The notes under the pieces are model-generated. The model searched no databases. It was not told the origin of the DNA and saw only the letters and a list, made by a program, of their open reading frames with translations. Made by a program: the position numbers and the translations under genes. DNA of 64,000 nt from an uncultured Candidatus Binatia bacterium. GTDB taxonomy: Bacteria > Desulfobacterota > Binatia > UBA9968 > CAXXLF01. The stretch spans positions 1,504,001 through 1,568,000 of the forward strand of contig OZ244621.1 in NCBI GenBank assembly GCA_965218425.1, in the 5' to 3' direction. Below are positions 1 through 10,929 of the stretch, piece by piece (position 1 is the first letter of the stretch; each line of letters begins with the position of its first letter).

Positions 1-402
1 GTGGGGTTGCTGTGAAAGGACCCTCAAGGTATCAAGCCCAAAGGAGGAAACCAGGCGTCGGGCATAGGTGGGGCCCAGTCCTTTAATCAAGCCCGATCCC
101 AGGTATCTTTCGATCCCTTCCAATGTGGCGGGCTCGATCTTCTGCCAATGCTCCGCCTGAAATTGGAGACCGTAACGAGGGTGCATTTTCCATAGACCGC
201 TAACCCGCACTTCCTCTCCTTCACTGATGGGAAAGATTTCCCCCACCACAGTCACATCATGAAAACCTTTTACCTCCAAGCGAAGCACCGTATAGCGCCC
301 ATCCGGGTTCTGGAAAGTGACCTTGGCGACGGTACCCTGGAGGGTTGAACTCTCACCAGGGCTGGGAAGGGGGCCTTTTCGTTCGGGAAAGAGCCCATCC
401 AT
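1..402 (-). CDS. recD2: RecD2-like ATP-dependent DNA helicase, N-terminal part (runs off window)
   Basis: Manual translation, not in ORF track: MDGLFP...LQGTVAKVTFQNPDGRYTVLRL...HPRYGLQF...IERYLGSGLIKGLGP, typical RecD2 N-terminus. Confidence 0.85.
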   Translation of the reverse strand, partial: MDGLFPERKGPLPSPGESSTLQGTVAKVTFQNPDGRYTVLRLEVKGFHDVTVVGEIFPISEGEEVRVSGLWKMHPRYGLQFQAEHWQKIEPATLEGIERYLGSGLIKGLGPTYARRLVSSFGLDTLRVLSQQPH

Positions 403-533
403 GGAATTTTTGCTCGAACTCACCCGCTCATCCTACTTCATCAGGATAGAGTCTGGAAAGAGGGACTTGTAATTTTTCGTCTATGGTCATAGATTCTAAG
501 AATAGGGGTTAGACCCCAGAAGAGGTATGTCGT

Positions 534-698
534 ATGCCAAATGATGAGTATCGGTGCGCCGAATTTCACAGGAAGCATCCACTCGAATTGAGCACGAAGC
601 AGCAAGACTCCAACAGGGTCAAGGGTCCCAAACGCGGCTTCGGGAGGCTGAATCAGCTTATTACCTCCGTCTATGCTCGAATTTCTTCTGAAACCTAA
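534..698 (+). pseudogene. Degenerate FmdB-family zinc-ribbon small protein
   Basis: Manual translation MPNDEYRCAEFH...RVKGPKRG...NQLITSVYARISSET*; AGAGGT upstream; matches the MPxYEYxC...CPxCG layout but 3 of 4 Cys are lost. Confidence 0.45.
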
Positions 699-897
699 CG
701 GTTGTCCCGCACCAACCTCTAGTGACTTCCGACGAAACGTCTCTCTCTGTTTATCCCGAACCACAGAACGCCCCACGCGTAAGTGCGGAGGTGTTTTTTG
801 GACTCCGAGCAAGGGCAGTGCCACAAAGTCACGGGGAAGAGTCCGTGGTACGGGGATTACCTTCTAAGAATGTAGGGAAAGGGCAGGATAGCGATTT

Positions 898-2214
898 ATG
901 TTCCTAGAAAGTTTTTGGTATGAAGTGGTCCTTATTTTCGGCCTCATCTTGGCCAACGGATTTTTCGCCGCCTCGGAGATCGCCATAATTGCAACTCGCA
1001 AGACCCGTATTGACGCCCTCTTGGATAAGGGAGTCCGGGCTGCTGCCGCCGTGGCCCGCTTGAAAAACGATCCGGACCGTTTCCTTGCCACCGTGCAGAT
1101 CGGCATTACCATGGTTGGAACCCTCGCATCCGCCATTGGCGGCGCCGCCGCCGTGCAATACCTCACACCATTGTTCAAGTCCCAAGACCTACCATGGATT
1201 GCGGAGTGGGGGGAATCCTTGGCAATCCTCTCGGTGGCACTCCCCATTGCCTATTTTTCTCTGGTGTTAGGGGAGCTTTTTCCTAAGTCCTTGGCGCTGA
1301 GGTTTTCCGAACGGATCGCCTTTTTTGTGGCACGGCCCATCGACTTGCTTTCCCGACTCACTTCTATACTTGTCAAAATTCTAACCGGCTCCAGTAACCT
1401 GCTTCTATGGATTTTCGGCGGGGGAAAGAATGCTCAAGGGGCCAGTTTCATCTCTGAAGAGGAAGTGAAGTCCTTGATCCGGGAAGGCGCCGCCAAGGGT
1501 ATCTTTGATGAGACGGAAAAGGAACTGATCCACAGCGTCTTTGAGTTTGTGGACACCCCGGTCAAGGCGGTGATGGTGCCCAGAACGGAGATCCATGCCA
1601 TCGATATCAAGATCCCCCCCGAGGAGGTCATGCGGAGTTTCGTGGAAAGCGGGTTCTCACGTATTCCGGTCTTTGAAGAGTCAATGGATCGAGTGGTGGG
1701 CATCCTGTACAACAAAGATCTCTTCCGCGCCTTGCAAGAGAAAGAACCTTTTCAAATACGCAATCACTTGCATCCTCCTTTTTTTGTCCCTGGCTCACTT
1801 CCCATTAGCCAATTTCTTAAGGACCTACAGAGACGAAGGATTGCCATGGCTATCGTGGTCAACGAGTTCGGCGAGGTGGAGGGTCTTGCCACCATTGAAG
1901 ACTTACTCGAAGAAATCGTCGGGGAAATTCGCGATGAGTATGATCGCGAAGAAAAAGGACCTGTGGAGCGGCTACCGGACGGTTCCATGGTCATTCAGGG
2001 TTCGGCATTGCTAAAGGACCTCAGGTCGGATTACGGCGTCCCGTTGGAAGACTCACCTGACTACCGAACCCTTGCGGGTTTCGTCTTATCCAAATTAAAA
2101 CGAATTCCGAGGGGAGGAGAGAGGGTGGAACACGAAAGTTACAGGCTTACCATTGTGGATATGGAGGGGCAGCGGATTGTAAAGATCAGGTTGGAGGAGG
2201 CGCGAAAAAGCTAA
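898..2214 (+). CDS. HlyC/CorC (CNNM-CBS-CorC) family transporter
   Basis: NGFFAASEIA TM start, GELFPKSLA, CBS pair (GFSRIPV, EDLLEEIVGEIRDEYD), CorC C-terminus. Confidence 0.92.
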   Translation: MFLESFWYEVVLIFGLILANGFFAASEIAIIATRKTRIDALLDKGVRAAAAVARLKNDPDRFLATVQIGITMVGTLASAIGGAAAVQYLTPLFKSQDLPWIAEWGESLAILSVALPIAYFSLVLGELFPKSLALRFSERIAFFVARPIDLLSRLTSILVKILTGSSNLLLWIFGGGKNAQGASFISEEEVKSLIREGAAKGIFDETEKELIHSVFEFVDTPVKAVMVPRTEIHAIDIKIPPEEVMRSFVESGFSRIPVFEESMDRVVGILYNKDLFRALQEKEPFQIRNHLHPPFFVPGSLPISQFLKDLQRRRIAMAIVVNEFGEVEGLATIEDLLEEIVGEIRDEYDREEKGPVERLPDGSMVIQGSALLKDLRSDYGVPLEDSPDYRTLAGFVLSKLKRIPRGGERVEHESYRLTIVDMEGQRIVKIRLEEARKS

Positions 2215-2227
2215 AGATCACTGACCC

Positions 2228-3292
2228 TTACATAGACTCCAATATGGCCGTCATCTCACGAACAAAGGCGTCAGTCTCCTGCGGGGTTCCCACTGTGATC
2301 CGCAGCGTGTCACGGAGCTGTGGAACATCGAAGTAACGGACCAAGATTTTACGCCTTTTCAACTCTTCGTAGATTCCCCTCAGATTTTCCCCTCGCTTTC
2401 GTACCAGCACAAAGTTCGCCTGTGAAGGATAGACTGTAAAGCCTAATCCCTTTAACGATTGGGACAGTTTCTTACGTGTCCTCTGCACCCTTTTCACATT
2501 CCTGAGCATCCAGGGAAGATCATTCAGTGCGGCCATAGCCGAGACAAGACTCAAGCTGTTCAAATTGTAAGAGTCTTTGATCTTGATCATGGCTTGAATG
2601 ATCTCTTCAGGGGCAAAGGCAAGCCCCACCCGCATGCCCGCAAGGGAAAATGCCTTCGAAAAACTCCTGAGCACCACGAGGTTAGAATGGCGGGGAATCA
2701 ATTGTACGGCGGAGGCATCCTTGCGTTCGGCGAAATCAATATAGGCCTCATCCACCATCAACACACCAGAGACGGAACGCGCCAATCGTTCAACCTCGTC
2801 CAAGGGGACCAGGGTACCGGATGGTGAGTTAGGATTTGCGAGGATAGTGAGCGAACCTGCCTCAGAAAAGAGTTTCTCAGGAAGAGTAAAGTCGGGTTGA
2901 TAATCCACGGTGATTTTTTCTCCCTCCTGAATGGCTATAAGGGTATCATAGAGGGTGTAGGTTGGTACGGGAAAGACCACTCGATCTCCCTTTCCTACCA
3001 GGCAGCGGGCTAAGATCGCCAAGAGCTCGTCTGAGCCATTGCCGACAAGCACATTCACTGCCCCCCCCCCGTAAATACTGGCTGCCAGGTCCCTCAGCCC
3101 ATAGGAAAGAGGGTCCGGATATAGGCGCAGGGAGGGGTTTACGGCCTTACGTAAGGCCCTAAGGACACGGGGAGACGGAGGGTAGGGATTCTCGTTGGTA
3201 TTAAGTTTAACGAATTCACCAGCTTGCGGCTGTTCCCCGGGACTGTAACCTGCCATAGCGGCGATATTTTTTCTTAACGGAAATGGCACCAT
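2228..3292 (-). CDS. hisC: Histidinol-phosphate aminotransferase
   Basis: KLNTNENPY, GNGSDE, NPNSPSG, VDEAY, RSFSKAFSLAGMRVG; start moved to MVPFP. Confidence 0.93.
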   Translation of the reverse strand: MVPFPLRKNIAAMAGYSPGEQPQAGEFVKLNTNENPYPPSPRVLRALRKAVNPSLRLYPDPLSYGLRDLAASIYGGGAVNVLVGNGSDELLAILARCLVGKGDRVVFPVPTYTLYDTLIAIQEGEKITVDYQPDFTLPEKLFSEAGSLTILANPNSPSGTLVPLDEVERLARSVSGVLMVDEAYIDFAERKDASAVQLIPRHSNLVVLRSFSKAFSLAGMRVGLAFAPEEIIQAMIKIKDSYNLNSLSLVSAMAALNDLPWMLRNVKRVQRTRKKLSQSLKGLGFTVYPSQANFVLVRKRGENLRGIYEELKRRKILVRYFDVPQLRDTLRITVGTPQETDAFVREMTAILESM

Positions 3293-3371
3293 CCGTGATT
3301 TTAGCCTCACCCGCGAGCCGTTGCAACATAAACTTTGCAACGGAGGCGTGATTTTGGTAACTTATTAATAA

Positions 3372-4360
3372 ATGGAGAAAAAACGGATCTCCACGGGTAT
3401 TCCTCACCCTGATCCTCTGATTGGAGGAGGGTCCCCTTCATACCAATCCTATCCGGTCACTGGAAAGCCTGGGACGGTGAAGAGTATTTTCCGCGTCCAG
3501 TTTGTGCTTAACGGCCTAATGAACGGAGAAAAGGCCGTATATGTCGGGGTGGACGAAAAACCCGCAGGCTATCCACCCAACGTCGGGTGGAGAAAGCTGA
3601 GGACGGAAAACCAGTACTACCAGGACGAAAAACGATGGCTCGCGGCGGCTTTGTTGGAATCCCCAGAAGGCATATTCGTAGCCGACCAGGATGGCCGAAT
3701 CGTTTTTACGAACCCTGAACTGGAAGGCTTTCTCGGTTATGCAGATGAAGAGTTCGTTGGAGAGTCCATTGAGCGGGTACTCTCCTCTTTTCAAACCAAC
3801 GAATCCTTTTGGACGGAAGTCTCCGAACCGTTTCCACATAAACCATGGCAGGGAACGTGATCCTGAGGAAAAAAGATGGCTCAGATTCCACGGTCAAGAC
3901 AAAAATGACCCAATTCCTCGATGAGGCAGGTGAAACCACCACCTTGATAGGTTTCTGCCTGAACTCAACAGAGGATAAATCAGAACCTAAAACGGCAGCT
4001 TCGCCTTTGGTTCAATCTTCACAGACGTCCGCCGATGAGGTCCTAGGCGCGATTACTGGGAATCTGAAGTCTCCTTTAGCTGCGATGCTCGGCTACCTCG
4101 AGATGGCACTCACCATCGGTGCAGGCCGGGCTGAAGCCCATCAACTTTTTTCCACCAAACGGGTTGAGGTCTTGGCCAAACGCCTATACGACCTTGTGAA
4201 CAACCACACCGAAGCTATCGACATAGAAGAGGGTAAGTTTGAAGTCCAAAAGGCGCCCATGCAAATGGCTCGTATCGTGGACCAGGCGGTAAAAGATCGA
4301 GAGCGTGAGGCTAACGTTAACAAGATTACGATTGTTCAAGAGATAGCGACGGACCCATAA
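3372..4360 (+). pseudogene. Chimeric remnant: KaiC/RAD55-like ATPase N-terminus joined to a frameshifted, truncated PAS-HisKA sensor kinase
   Basis: RISTGI.HPDPLIGGG..VTGKPGTVKS (decayed Walker A); PAS (ESPEGIFVAD..GRIVFTNP); frameshift near 3850; HisKA-like NLKSPLAAMLGYLE without the His; no HATPase domain. Confidence 0.7.
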
Positions 4361-4480
4361 TCCCGACGCCCTTCAATCCAGACTCGGGATTTACCGCCCG
4401 CTCCTTGCTTTTTCCCGTTTTCATTCAGATCAAACCTTAAAACCATTGATAATCCCATCCGCGTATAATAAGTGAAAAAG

Positions 4481-5656
4481 ATGCCCACAGATTTCATTGC
4501 CACAGAGTTGACCGAGATCAAGCACCAGGGGCTGTACCGACAGATGCGTCAAGTGGATGGGGAACAGGGACCCTCCATCCTTCTCGACGGTCGAGAGGTC
4601 TTGAATTTCTCCTCCAATAATTACCTCGGTCTAGCCAATCACCCCGCGTTACAAACGGCGGCCAAGGAAGCCTTGGAGCGATACGGCTGCGGCGCCGGAG
4701 CCTCCCGGTTGATTTCAGGAAACATGACTCTCCATCTGGAGTTGGAGGAAAGCATTGCCAAACTCAAGGGCACGGAATCGGCGCTCGTCTTTAACTCCGG
4801 TTTTCAGGCAAACGTCGGTATCCTTTCAACCCTGCTGGGAGAGGGGGATATGATATTCAGTGACGCCCTGAATCATGCAAGCATCATTGACGGTTGCCGT
4901 CTTTCACGGGCGAAGGTTGTAGTTTATCCCCATTGTAATCTAACCCACCTCGAGGCCGCCCTTAAGAAAGCACCTCAAAAGGCCAGGAAGTTGATCGTTA
5001 CTGAGACGGTCTTCAGCATGGATGGAGACATCGCACCCATGGAAGAGATCGTGAATCTGGCGGAGCATCACGGCGCCATGATCATGGTAGATGAGGCCCA
5101 TGCCACTGGGGTCTATGGTCCCAATGGAGCAGGGGTTGTGGCAGAAATGGGTTTAAGGGATAGAGTGCTGGTTCAAATGGGAACTTTGGGAAAAGCCTTG
5201 GGGGGATTCGGGGCCTATGTGGCAGGTAAACGAAACCTGCGGGAGCTACTAATCAATCGTTGCCGGAGTTTTATTTTTACCACGGCTCTCCCACCGGTCA
5301 TGATGGCGGTGGCAATCACGGCCATTGATCTTCTAGAGAAAGAGCCTGAGAGGTCCTTTACCCTTTGGCGCAACAGCCAATACATGAGAAACGAACTTAA
5401 AGACCTCGGTTTTTCGCTGGGAAAGAGCAGCAGCCAGATTCTTCCCTTGATCATTGGCGACGCTGAGGACTGTATGAGTTTCTCCGAGTGCTTGCTCGCA
5501 AAGGGAGTCTATGCCCAAGGGATCCGACCGCCTACGGTTCAACCGGGGTCGGCGCGTCTACGCATTACTCCCATGGCGACCCATACCGATGAGCATCTCA
5601 AACACGCTATTCAGGCCTTCAAAGAGGTCAAGGAAGAAAATGAGCCCAGATTATGA
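4481..5656 (+). CDS. bioF: 8-amino-7-oxononanoate synthase
   Basis: NFSSNNYLGL, DALNHASIIDG, VFSMDGD, DEAHATG, GTLGKALG. Confidence 0.95.
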   Translation: MPTDFIATELTEIKHQGLYRQMRQVDGEQGPSILLDGREVLNFSSNNYLGLANHPALQTAAKEALERYGCGAGASRLISGNMTLHLELEESIAKLKGTESALVFNSGFQANVGILSTLLGEGDMIFSDALNHASIIDGCRLSRAKVVVYPHCNLTHLEAALKKAPQKARKLIVTETVFSMDGDIAPMEEIVNLAEHHGAMIMVDEAHATGVYGPNGAGVVAEMGLRDRVLVQMGTLGKALGGFGAYVAGKRNLRELLINRCRSFIFTTALPPVMMAVAITAIDLLEKEPERSFTLWRNSQYMRNELKDLGFSLGKSSSQILPLIIGDAEDCMSFSECLLAKGVYAQGIRPPTVQPGSARLRITPMATHTDEHLKHAIQAFKEVKEENEPRL

Positions 5657-6998
5657 TGTGCTAAAAAGGCTGGACCACACCTATTTATGGCATCCATTTA
5701 CCCAGATGCAGGAATGGATGGAGGAGGAACCTTGCATTATCGCAACTGGGGATGGGTGTACTTTGACAGACATCCAGGGTAAAAAATACATCGACGGCGT
5801 CTCCTCCCTATGGTGCAATCTCCATGGCCATGGCAGGCGGGAGCTGAATGCGGCCCTGAAAACCCAGCTCGACGCAATCGCTCATTCTACCTTTCTCGGT
5901 CTCTCTCACGTTCCGGGCATCAGGCTCGCTGAAAGTTTGATCAAAGTTGCCCCGCCAGGGCTGCAACGGGTCTTCTACTTAGACGACGGTGCCACAGCGG
6001 TGGAAGCCGCTCTCAAAATCGCCGTCCAATACTGGCAACTCAAGGGGGAGAAGAACCGTACTCGGCTCGCTACCCTCGCAGAAGCCTATCATGGAGACAC
6101 TTTGGGTGCTGTGAGCCTCGGGTATTCTGAAATCTTTCACCGCTTTTACCGTCCGCTCCTTTTCTCCTCCCTGCGACTCACCCCCCCCCACATCTTTCGC
6201 TACTTCCAGAGGATGAATGAGCAAGAGGCCTTGCAAGCCGCCATTGAGGAAGCGGAGGAAAAAATCTCCGAGGAGAAGGACAATCTCGCGGCCTTGATCA
6301 TGGAACCGCTGATGCAGGGAGCCGCGGGAATGTGGGCGCAACCGTTGGGCTACGTTAAATCCATCAGTGACATCTGCCGCAGAAACGGAGTCCTTCTGAT
6401 TGTGGACGAGGTGGCCACGGGTTTTGGCCACACCGGTCGGATGTTCGCCTGTGAGCATGAAGGGGTAAGCCCCGATCTCCTCTGTGTAGCGAAGGGATTG
6501 ACCGGAGGCTATCTACCCTTAGCTGCGACTCTCGTCACGGAAGATATATTTTCAGCATTTCTTGGCGAGCACGGAGAGTTTAAAAGCTTTTTTCATGGAC
6601 ATACCTACACGGGGAACCCCCTGGGTTGCGCCGTGGCACTGGCCAGTCTGGAGCTCTTCCGAAGTGAGACGATTTTGGAAAGGATGCAGCCCAAGATCGG
6701 GATTCTCAAGAACCGGTTAGAAAATGATTTTTTACCCTTGCCTCATGTGGGTGATATCCGTCAATGGGGTTTCATGGTAGGCATCCAACTGGTGGCGGAA
6801 AAGGAAACCTTGAAGGAATATTCGCCAGAATCACGAACGGCTCACCGGGTCATCCTGGAAGCAAGGAAGCGGGGGGCGATTGTGCGTCCCTTGGGAGACG
6901 TCATTATATTAATGCCGCCACTGAGCATCACCGAAGGCGAAATGAAAGCACTCCTCGACGTGGTCCACGAATCCATCCGGCACGTCACCGAGGGTTAA
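5640..6998 (+). CDS. bioA: Adenosylmethionine-8-amino-7-oxononanoate transaminase
   Basis: LWHPFTQM, DGVSSLW, YHGDT, DEVATGFG, AKGLTGGYLP, HGHTYTGNP; ATG overlaps the bioF end. Confidence 0.95.
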   Translation: MSPDYDVLKRLDHTYLWHPFTQMQEWMEEEPCIIATGDGCTLTDIQGKKYIDGVSSLWCNLHGHGRRELNAALKTQLDAIAHSTFLGLSHVPGIRLAESLIKVAPPGLQRVFYLDDGATAVEAALKIAVQYWQLKGEKNRTRLATLAEAYHGDTLGAVSLGYSEIFHRFYRPLLFSSLRLTPPHIFRYFQRMNEQEALQAAIEEAEEKISEEKDNLAALIMEPLMQGAAGMWAQPLGYVKSISDICRRNGVLLIVDEVATGFGHTGRMFACEHEGVSPDLLCVAKGLTGGYLPLAATLVTEDIFSAFLGEHGEFKSFFHGHTYTGNPLGCAVALASLELFRSETILERMQPKIGILKNRLENDFLPLPHVGDIRQWGFMVGIQLVAEKETLKEYSPESRTAHRVILEARKRGAIVRPLGDVIILMPPLSITEGEMKALLDVVHESIRHVTEG

Positions 6999-7744
6999 TG
7001 GGAAAAGGACTCTTCATCACTGGAACAGACACGGGCGTTGGCAAAACCCTCGTCGCCTGTGGGCTAGCCAGCGCATTGCGGGAGCTGGGTTACAAGATCG
7101 GTGTCATGAAACCAGCGGAAACGGGTTGTCAAAACATAGAAGGGGAGCTATTTCCACAGGACGCCTTTTATCTAAAAGAGGCCTCAGGAAGCGAGGAGCC
7201 CCTCCATCGCATCTGCCCCTATCGCCTGTCCTCCCCCCTGGCCCCCAGTGTGGCCGCAGAGGAAGCCGGGATTGAAATCCATTTTTCCCTCCTCAACCGG
7301 TTATACAAAGAGATGAGTAGATCAAATGATTTAACTCTTGTGGAGGGAGCCGGGGGACTATCGGTTCCCCTCCATTCGCGTTCCACCTATACGGACCTGG
7401 TGCGTCGGCTGGACCTCCCCGTGATTGTAGTGGTGGCGAATCGTCTCGGGGCCATTAATCATACCCTGCTCACCTTAGAGCATGCTTCGCGCAATGGCAT
7501 TGAGGTGGTAGGATATATCGTTAATAACCTCGAAAGCCATCCCTCCCCTGCCGCGAAGACAAACACCAGATCGCTTAAAGCGCTAACCTCCATCACGTGC
7601 CTGGGAGAGATTCCGCACCTAACAGCGGCACAACTAAAGGGCGCCGGTACTGGCATCAAACCATCATTCCTGTCAACGATTTTCCAAGAGAATATCCAAC
7701 GCGCGCTTTTGGACCCTTTGTTGAAAGCCAAAGACCCTCCCTAA
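6998..7744 (+). CDS. bioD: Dethiobiotin synthase
   Basis: FITGTDTGVGKT, KPAETG, VEGAGG, LGAINHTLL; TAATG coupling with bioA. Confidence 0.95.
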   Translation: MGKGLFITGTDTGVGKTLVACGLASALRELGYKIGVMKPAETGCQNIEGELFPQDAFYLKEASGSEEPLHRICPYRLSSPLAPSVAAEEAGIEIHFSLLNRLYKEMSRSNDLTLVEGAGGLSVPLHSRSTYTDLVRRLDLPVIVVVANRLGAINHTLLTLEHASRNGIEVVGYIVNNLESHPSPAAKTNTRSLKALTSITCLGEIPHLTAAQLKGAGTGIKPSFLSTIFQENIQRALLDPLLKAKDPP

Positions 7745-7877
7745 CAGGTGAGACGAGTGGCCTCCACATAGAAGTCACTCCCTGGGGTCTAGTCACCTCT
7801 CGGCCGGACTTCGAGAGAGTCCCGGTCAATTTCTAGGAGTTCCGTGGAAAAGACGTAAGTCTGGGGTTGCGGCTTTC

Positions 7878-9041
7878 TTACCCTTTGAAAACTTTGAAGA
7901 CCTCATCGTAGAGCACCTTCAATGGAATCCGTTTCCTTTCGGCAAGCATTTTTATCTCGTCGTATTCAGGAGTGGCCCTTTTCCTCTCGCCTGGCAAATC
8001 AACGATTTTGACGTTAATGGTCCCATACTTTGTTTTAACCCGTTGGGAAGACCGCTTTAGGACGACTCGACCGACCGGGTAATATCGGATCCCTATGGTG
8101 GAGGTCTCCTTGAATACAATTTCCGCGAGTTTGTCCTTGGTTGAGGGCTCAGCAATGATCCGGAGTAAAATACCAGGACGGTTCTTCTTCATCTGAATGG
8201 GCGAAAGAGAGATATCACGAGCCCCCGCCGCAAATAAACGATCCAAGACATAGTCGTAGATCTCGGGATTCATATCGTCGATGTTCGTCTCCATGACCAG
8301 CATCTCGTCCTCAACCCAGGTGGAAGTCTGTTCACCCAAGAGGACACGTACCAGATTGGGTCGGTCCGGGAACTCTCTTGCTCCCGCCCCATAACCGATT
8401 CTTTGGATGGTCATCTGCGGAATATCACCAACATGAGAAGCCAGGGCGCAAACGATAGCCGCACCTGTGGGAGTTATGGTTTCGCCATCCAGTTGGGTCC
8501 ATTGAACGGGAAGCCCTTTCAATAGTTCAAGTGTGGCGGGGGCCGGTAAGGGTAGAGGGCCGTGTCTAGAGCGAGTCAGACCTCGGCCGAGGGGGATACG
8601 AGAGAACACAAAGGAATCGATCTTCAGGTAATGGGTCCCTATGGCCACCGCCATAATATCGACAATCGAATCAACGGCACCCACCTCATGAAAGTGGACT
8701 TTTTCAGGTCGGACTCCGTGAATCTTTCCCTCCACCTCTGCAAGCTTGGCAAATATATCCAGCCCGCGCTCCTTAATCTCGGACTTGATGGAACTGCCTT
8801 TAATGAGCCCGTGAATTTCCTTCCAGCTCCGCTCATGATCTTTATCTGGGACCCCAACCCGAAAGCGCGTCGCTTGTATTCCATGGACAAGTTTTTTACT
8901 GACCTTGACGCTATATTTTACACCCCGCAGCTTGCCCAACTCTTGAGCTAGTTTTTGTCGGGAAAGACCCAGGTGGAGCAGGGCACCTACGGTCATGTCT
9001 CCACTCAACCCCGATATCAGATCAAAATAGGCTATTCTCAT
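7878..9041 (-). CDS. larC: Nickel pincer cofactor biosynthesis protein LarC
   Basis: SGLSGDM, VHFHEVGAVDSIVD, TPTGAA, ETNIDD, MKKNRPG, PEYDE. Confidence 0.92.
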   Translation of the reverse strand: MRIAYFDLISGLSGDMTVGALLHLGLSRQKLAQELGKLRGVKYSVKVSKKLVHGIQATRFRVGVPDKDHERSWKEIHGLIKGSSIKSEIKERGLDIFAKLAEVEGKIHGVRPEKVHFHEVGAVDSIVDIMAVAIGTHYLKIDSFVFSRIPLGRGLTRSRHGPLPLPAPATLELLKGLPVQWTQLDGETITPTGAAIVCALASHVGDIPQMTIQRIGYGAGAREFPDRPNLVRVLLGEQTSTWVEDEMLVMETNIDDMNPEIYDYVLDRLFAAGARDISLSPIQMKKNRPGILLRIIAEPSTKDKLAEIVFKETSTIGIRYYPVGRVVLKRSSQRVKTKYGTINVKIVDLPGERKRATPEYDEIKMLAERKRIPLKVLYDEVFKVFKG

Positions 9042-9253
9042 AGGGCGCAATATGCAGGGTTCTAACTATGCCGTATTGGTAACAAGGATACTTCTACTCC
9101 GCGGGAAGTGAAGGTGTTAGCCCCGATCCAAGGGGCCCTGTCAACGGGTGGAATACTATCTAGCACCGGGACGAGTGGTCTTTGCCGGGGAGAATTCCAC
9201 AGGGTCTCGTTCCATAATTTCCGGCACATGATTCAATGGGGGGCCCTGGCGCT

Positions 9254-10396
9254 TCACACGTTTCCTAATTGAGGCATCACCTCTTTTTTGAAGAGATCCA
9301 GGGAGGCGAGAACCTTTTTGTGACTTAAATTACCGACATGAAACATTCCCATAAAATGATCGGCCCCCACCTGAACCATCTGTCCGTTGAGTTTTCGTGC
9401 TACGGTGTCTGGATTACCCGCTATCACGAACCCCGCCTCATCGAGCTCTTCCCAGCTAAGTTTCGAAAAGTCGATGCGTTCACGGTTCCCCTCCCGGAAA
9501 TAGCTGAAGGAACGATCGGTGTAAAGCGCCGCTCTGATCTCTTGCCGCGCGTCGACCTCTTTGTTTGAGCCCTGGTTGAATCCACGATTTAGCAAGGTAA
9601 AAAAGTAGCGCAGAGCAGGTTCGGCCAACTGACGAGCCTTTTCATCTGTTTCATCAACGTAAATGTGACGCGTGAGTATGAACTGTTCGGGGCCCACCTG
9701 CCAATTTTCCTCCGACGCCACCTTGCGATAATAGTTGAACGTGTCCTCGATCTGGCTAGTGGTCTGGTAGACTTGAGCCACCGCCTTACGCTGCTTGACG
9801 CACCATTCGATGGACTCCGAGCTACGCGCGGCAATCCAAACCGGCGGATGGGGTTGCTGAAGGGGCCGCGGCCAGAGAGCACAATTTTCCAGCTGAAAAT
9901 ACTTGCCATGGTAACTCCAAACGGGCTGACTCCACGCAGTCATGATGAGCTCATAGGCCTCTTCAAAACGACCCCGAGATTCATTGGGGTCGATATGATA
10001 CCATAGATACTCTGCAGGTATACCCCGAACGAATCCGGCGATGAGCCGACCACCCGTCAGGCAGTCGAGCATGGCGTACTCTTCAGCCACACGCACCGGG
10101 TGGTGACGTAGCGGCAGGACATTTCCCAAAACACCGATCTTGATTCGACTGGTTCTTCGACTGAGGGCGGCGGCGATCAGGTTAGGCGAAGGCATCATGC
10201 CATAGCCGCTGTAGTGATGCTCATTGAAAACAACACCCTCGAAACCAAGCTCTTCACAGTATTCCATCTCATCGAGATGCTCCTGATAGTTTTGAATGCC
10301 GACACCAGGCTCAAAGTAACTGTTGGGAACCGGGGTGCCGGGGGCGTCCGTTGGAACCTGTGGATACGCGAGGAGGTCAAAGTTATAGATCTTCAA
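9254..10396 (-). CDS. LLM-class flavin-dependent oxidoreductase
   Basis: NEHHY, PSPNLIAAAL, HPVRVAEEYAMLD, PRPLQQPHPPVW; likely TTG start after GGGAAAGG. Confidence 0.9.
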   Translation of the reverse strand: MKIYNFDLLAYPQVPTDAPGTPVPNSYFEPGVGIQNYQEHLDEMEYCEELGFEGVVFNEHHYSGYGMMPSPNLIAAALSRRTSRIKIGVLGNVLPLRHHPVRVAEEYAMLDCLTGGRLIAGFVRGIPAEYLWYHIDPNESRGRFEEAYELIMTAWSQPVWSYHGKYFQLENCALWPRPLQQPHPPVWIAARSSESIEWCVKQRKAVAQVYQTTSQIEDTFNYYRKVASEENWQVGPEQFILTRHIYVDETDEKARQLAEPALRYFFTLLNRGFNQGSNKEVDARQEIRAALYTDRSFSYFREGNRERIDFSKLSWEELDEAGFVIAGNPDTVARKLNGQMVQVGADHFMGMFHVGNLSHKKVLASLDLFKKEVMPQLGNV

Positions 10397-10929
10397 TGGT
10401 TTCCCTTTCCCAGATCGACGATTTAGTGGAGATGCTAGCACTGGGCCCTTGAAAGGGTCAAGAGGGATTCACCGAGGCCACTTCGGCTCTGCTCGGGGGG
10501 CGAGCCTCGGTCCGGCAGAGCTCACCGTCGAGGCCCGGCCGCGGGCAAAAGGTCAATGAATATTTGAACGGCCACGTTCGATGCCCACGGCCGCACGTCT
10601 CACTTCCCTCGTCGAACTGTGGGGATTGAGGGCCTGCACCGAAATAAGCATTGAGTAACGAGTACTGAGTAGGGTGGAGTGGAAACGGAGGATGGAAGAT
10701 CACGGAGGCGGGAAGCAGAGCGCAAAGAATCCTGATATCTGCTGGTCGCTTTCTGCCATCCGTTCCCGCTTTGGGTTAAATTCTATGCGCTTCGCAATCC
10801 TCGCTAAACACTCAACACTGAGCACAAATTATCAACCATCGGCCCTCGCTGAGGGCTTCAACCTATGCTCAGCCGAACAGGTGGGCCTGCGAGCCTTCAA
10901 TCACACGGGTGACTGGGGCCAACTGTAAG

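Noticed and set aside
3372..3860. Novel KaiC-PAS fusion sensor
   Set aside because: Decayed Walker A, frameshift and truncation point to a deletion chimera, not a functional protein
4481..9041. bioFAD without bioB/bioC and a lone larC as novel pathways
   Set aside because: Split bio and lar genes are common; partners may lie elsewhere in the genome
10470..10900. Palindromic REP-like snippets between the LLM gene and jag
   Set aside because: No second copy in the window and no definable boundaries
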